41,096 nt of DNA from Streblomastix strix (lineage: Eukaryota), in the NCBI GenBank assembly GCA_008636045.1, contig SNRW01000019.1, positions 1 through 41,096 of the forward strand, in the 5' to 3' direction. This document shows positions 40,838 to 41,096 of the stretch, piece by piece (the stretch's first letter is position 1; each line of letters starts with the position of its first letter). A model generated the notes under the pieces. That model had not been told where the DNA came from, searched no databases, and saw only the letters and a list, made by a program, of their open reading frames with translations. The translations under genes were made by a program, and so were the position numbers.

Positions 40838-41096
40838 GTTACGGAGGAACTGATCCTAATGTTACTGATTTTGCTCATCAATATACTTTATTTCCAACAC
40901 TATATATCCCACCTTCTGTACCAGCACTACTTATACCCCAAAATATTGGATTGCCAGCAGAATAATTAACTAATCCATTAGTTGTTCTGACAGTTGCTCA
41001 TGTTCCTGCAATTATAGATCCGTTGTATGATAATGTGTTTCCATTAGGTGATATTAATAATTCTTAATTTTCCGACTCAGCTTGAATATTGACTCC
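40838..41096 (-). pseudogene. 3' end of a decayed Gly-rich fibre-like repeat-family gene (...VTLGSVPP)
   Basis: IAGT*ATVRTTNGLVNYSAGNPIFWGISSAGTEG / ..GNKVY**AKSVTLGSVPP. It resembles a multicopy family I recall from Streblomastix and runs off the window end. Confidence 0.55.

Overview
This is a very AT-rich eukaryotic window read in a non-standard nuclear code (TAA/TAG = Gln, TGA = stop), so the supplied ORF track fragments every real gene. The code, the short GT-AG introns and recalled repeat-protein families suggest an oxymonad such as Streblomastix; that assignment is inference. An intact host core (~7.9-29.5 kb) holds six genes: a ZC2HC1-like zinc-finger protein, a PTB/hnRNP-L 4-RRM protein, Serinc, a giant Puf4/5-type Pumilio protein, proteasome ATPase Rpt6, and a rhodanese + dual-specificity phosphatase. 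Decayed mobile or viral DNA flanks it on both sides. This includes an rve integrase with a D-x35-D site, a Polinton-like virus remnant (A32-type packaging ATPase, fibre-like gene, tightly packed intronless ORFs), a Sola-like DDD transposase and several pseudogenes. The most unusual signal is a pair of ~250-bp non-coding elements (1679-1944 and 29770-30015). Each is bounded by inverted repeats that start with the Polinton-type terminus AGTAGT, and they share a GGA..TGTGCCCCA motif. They are candidate miniature non-autonomous Polinton derivatives.
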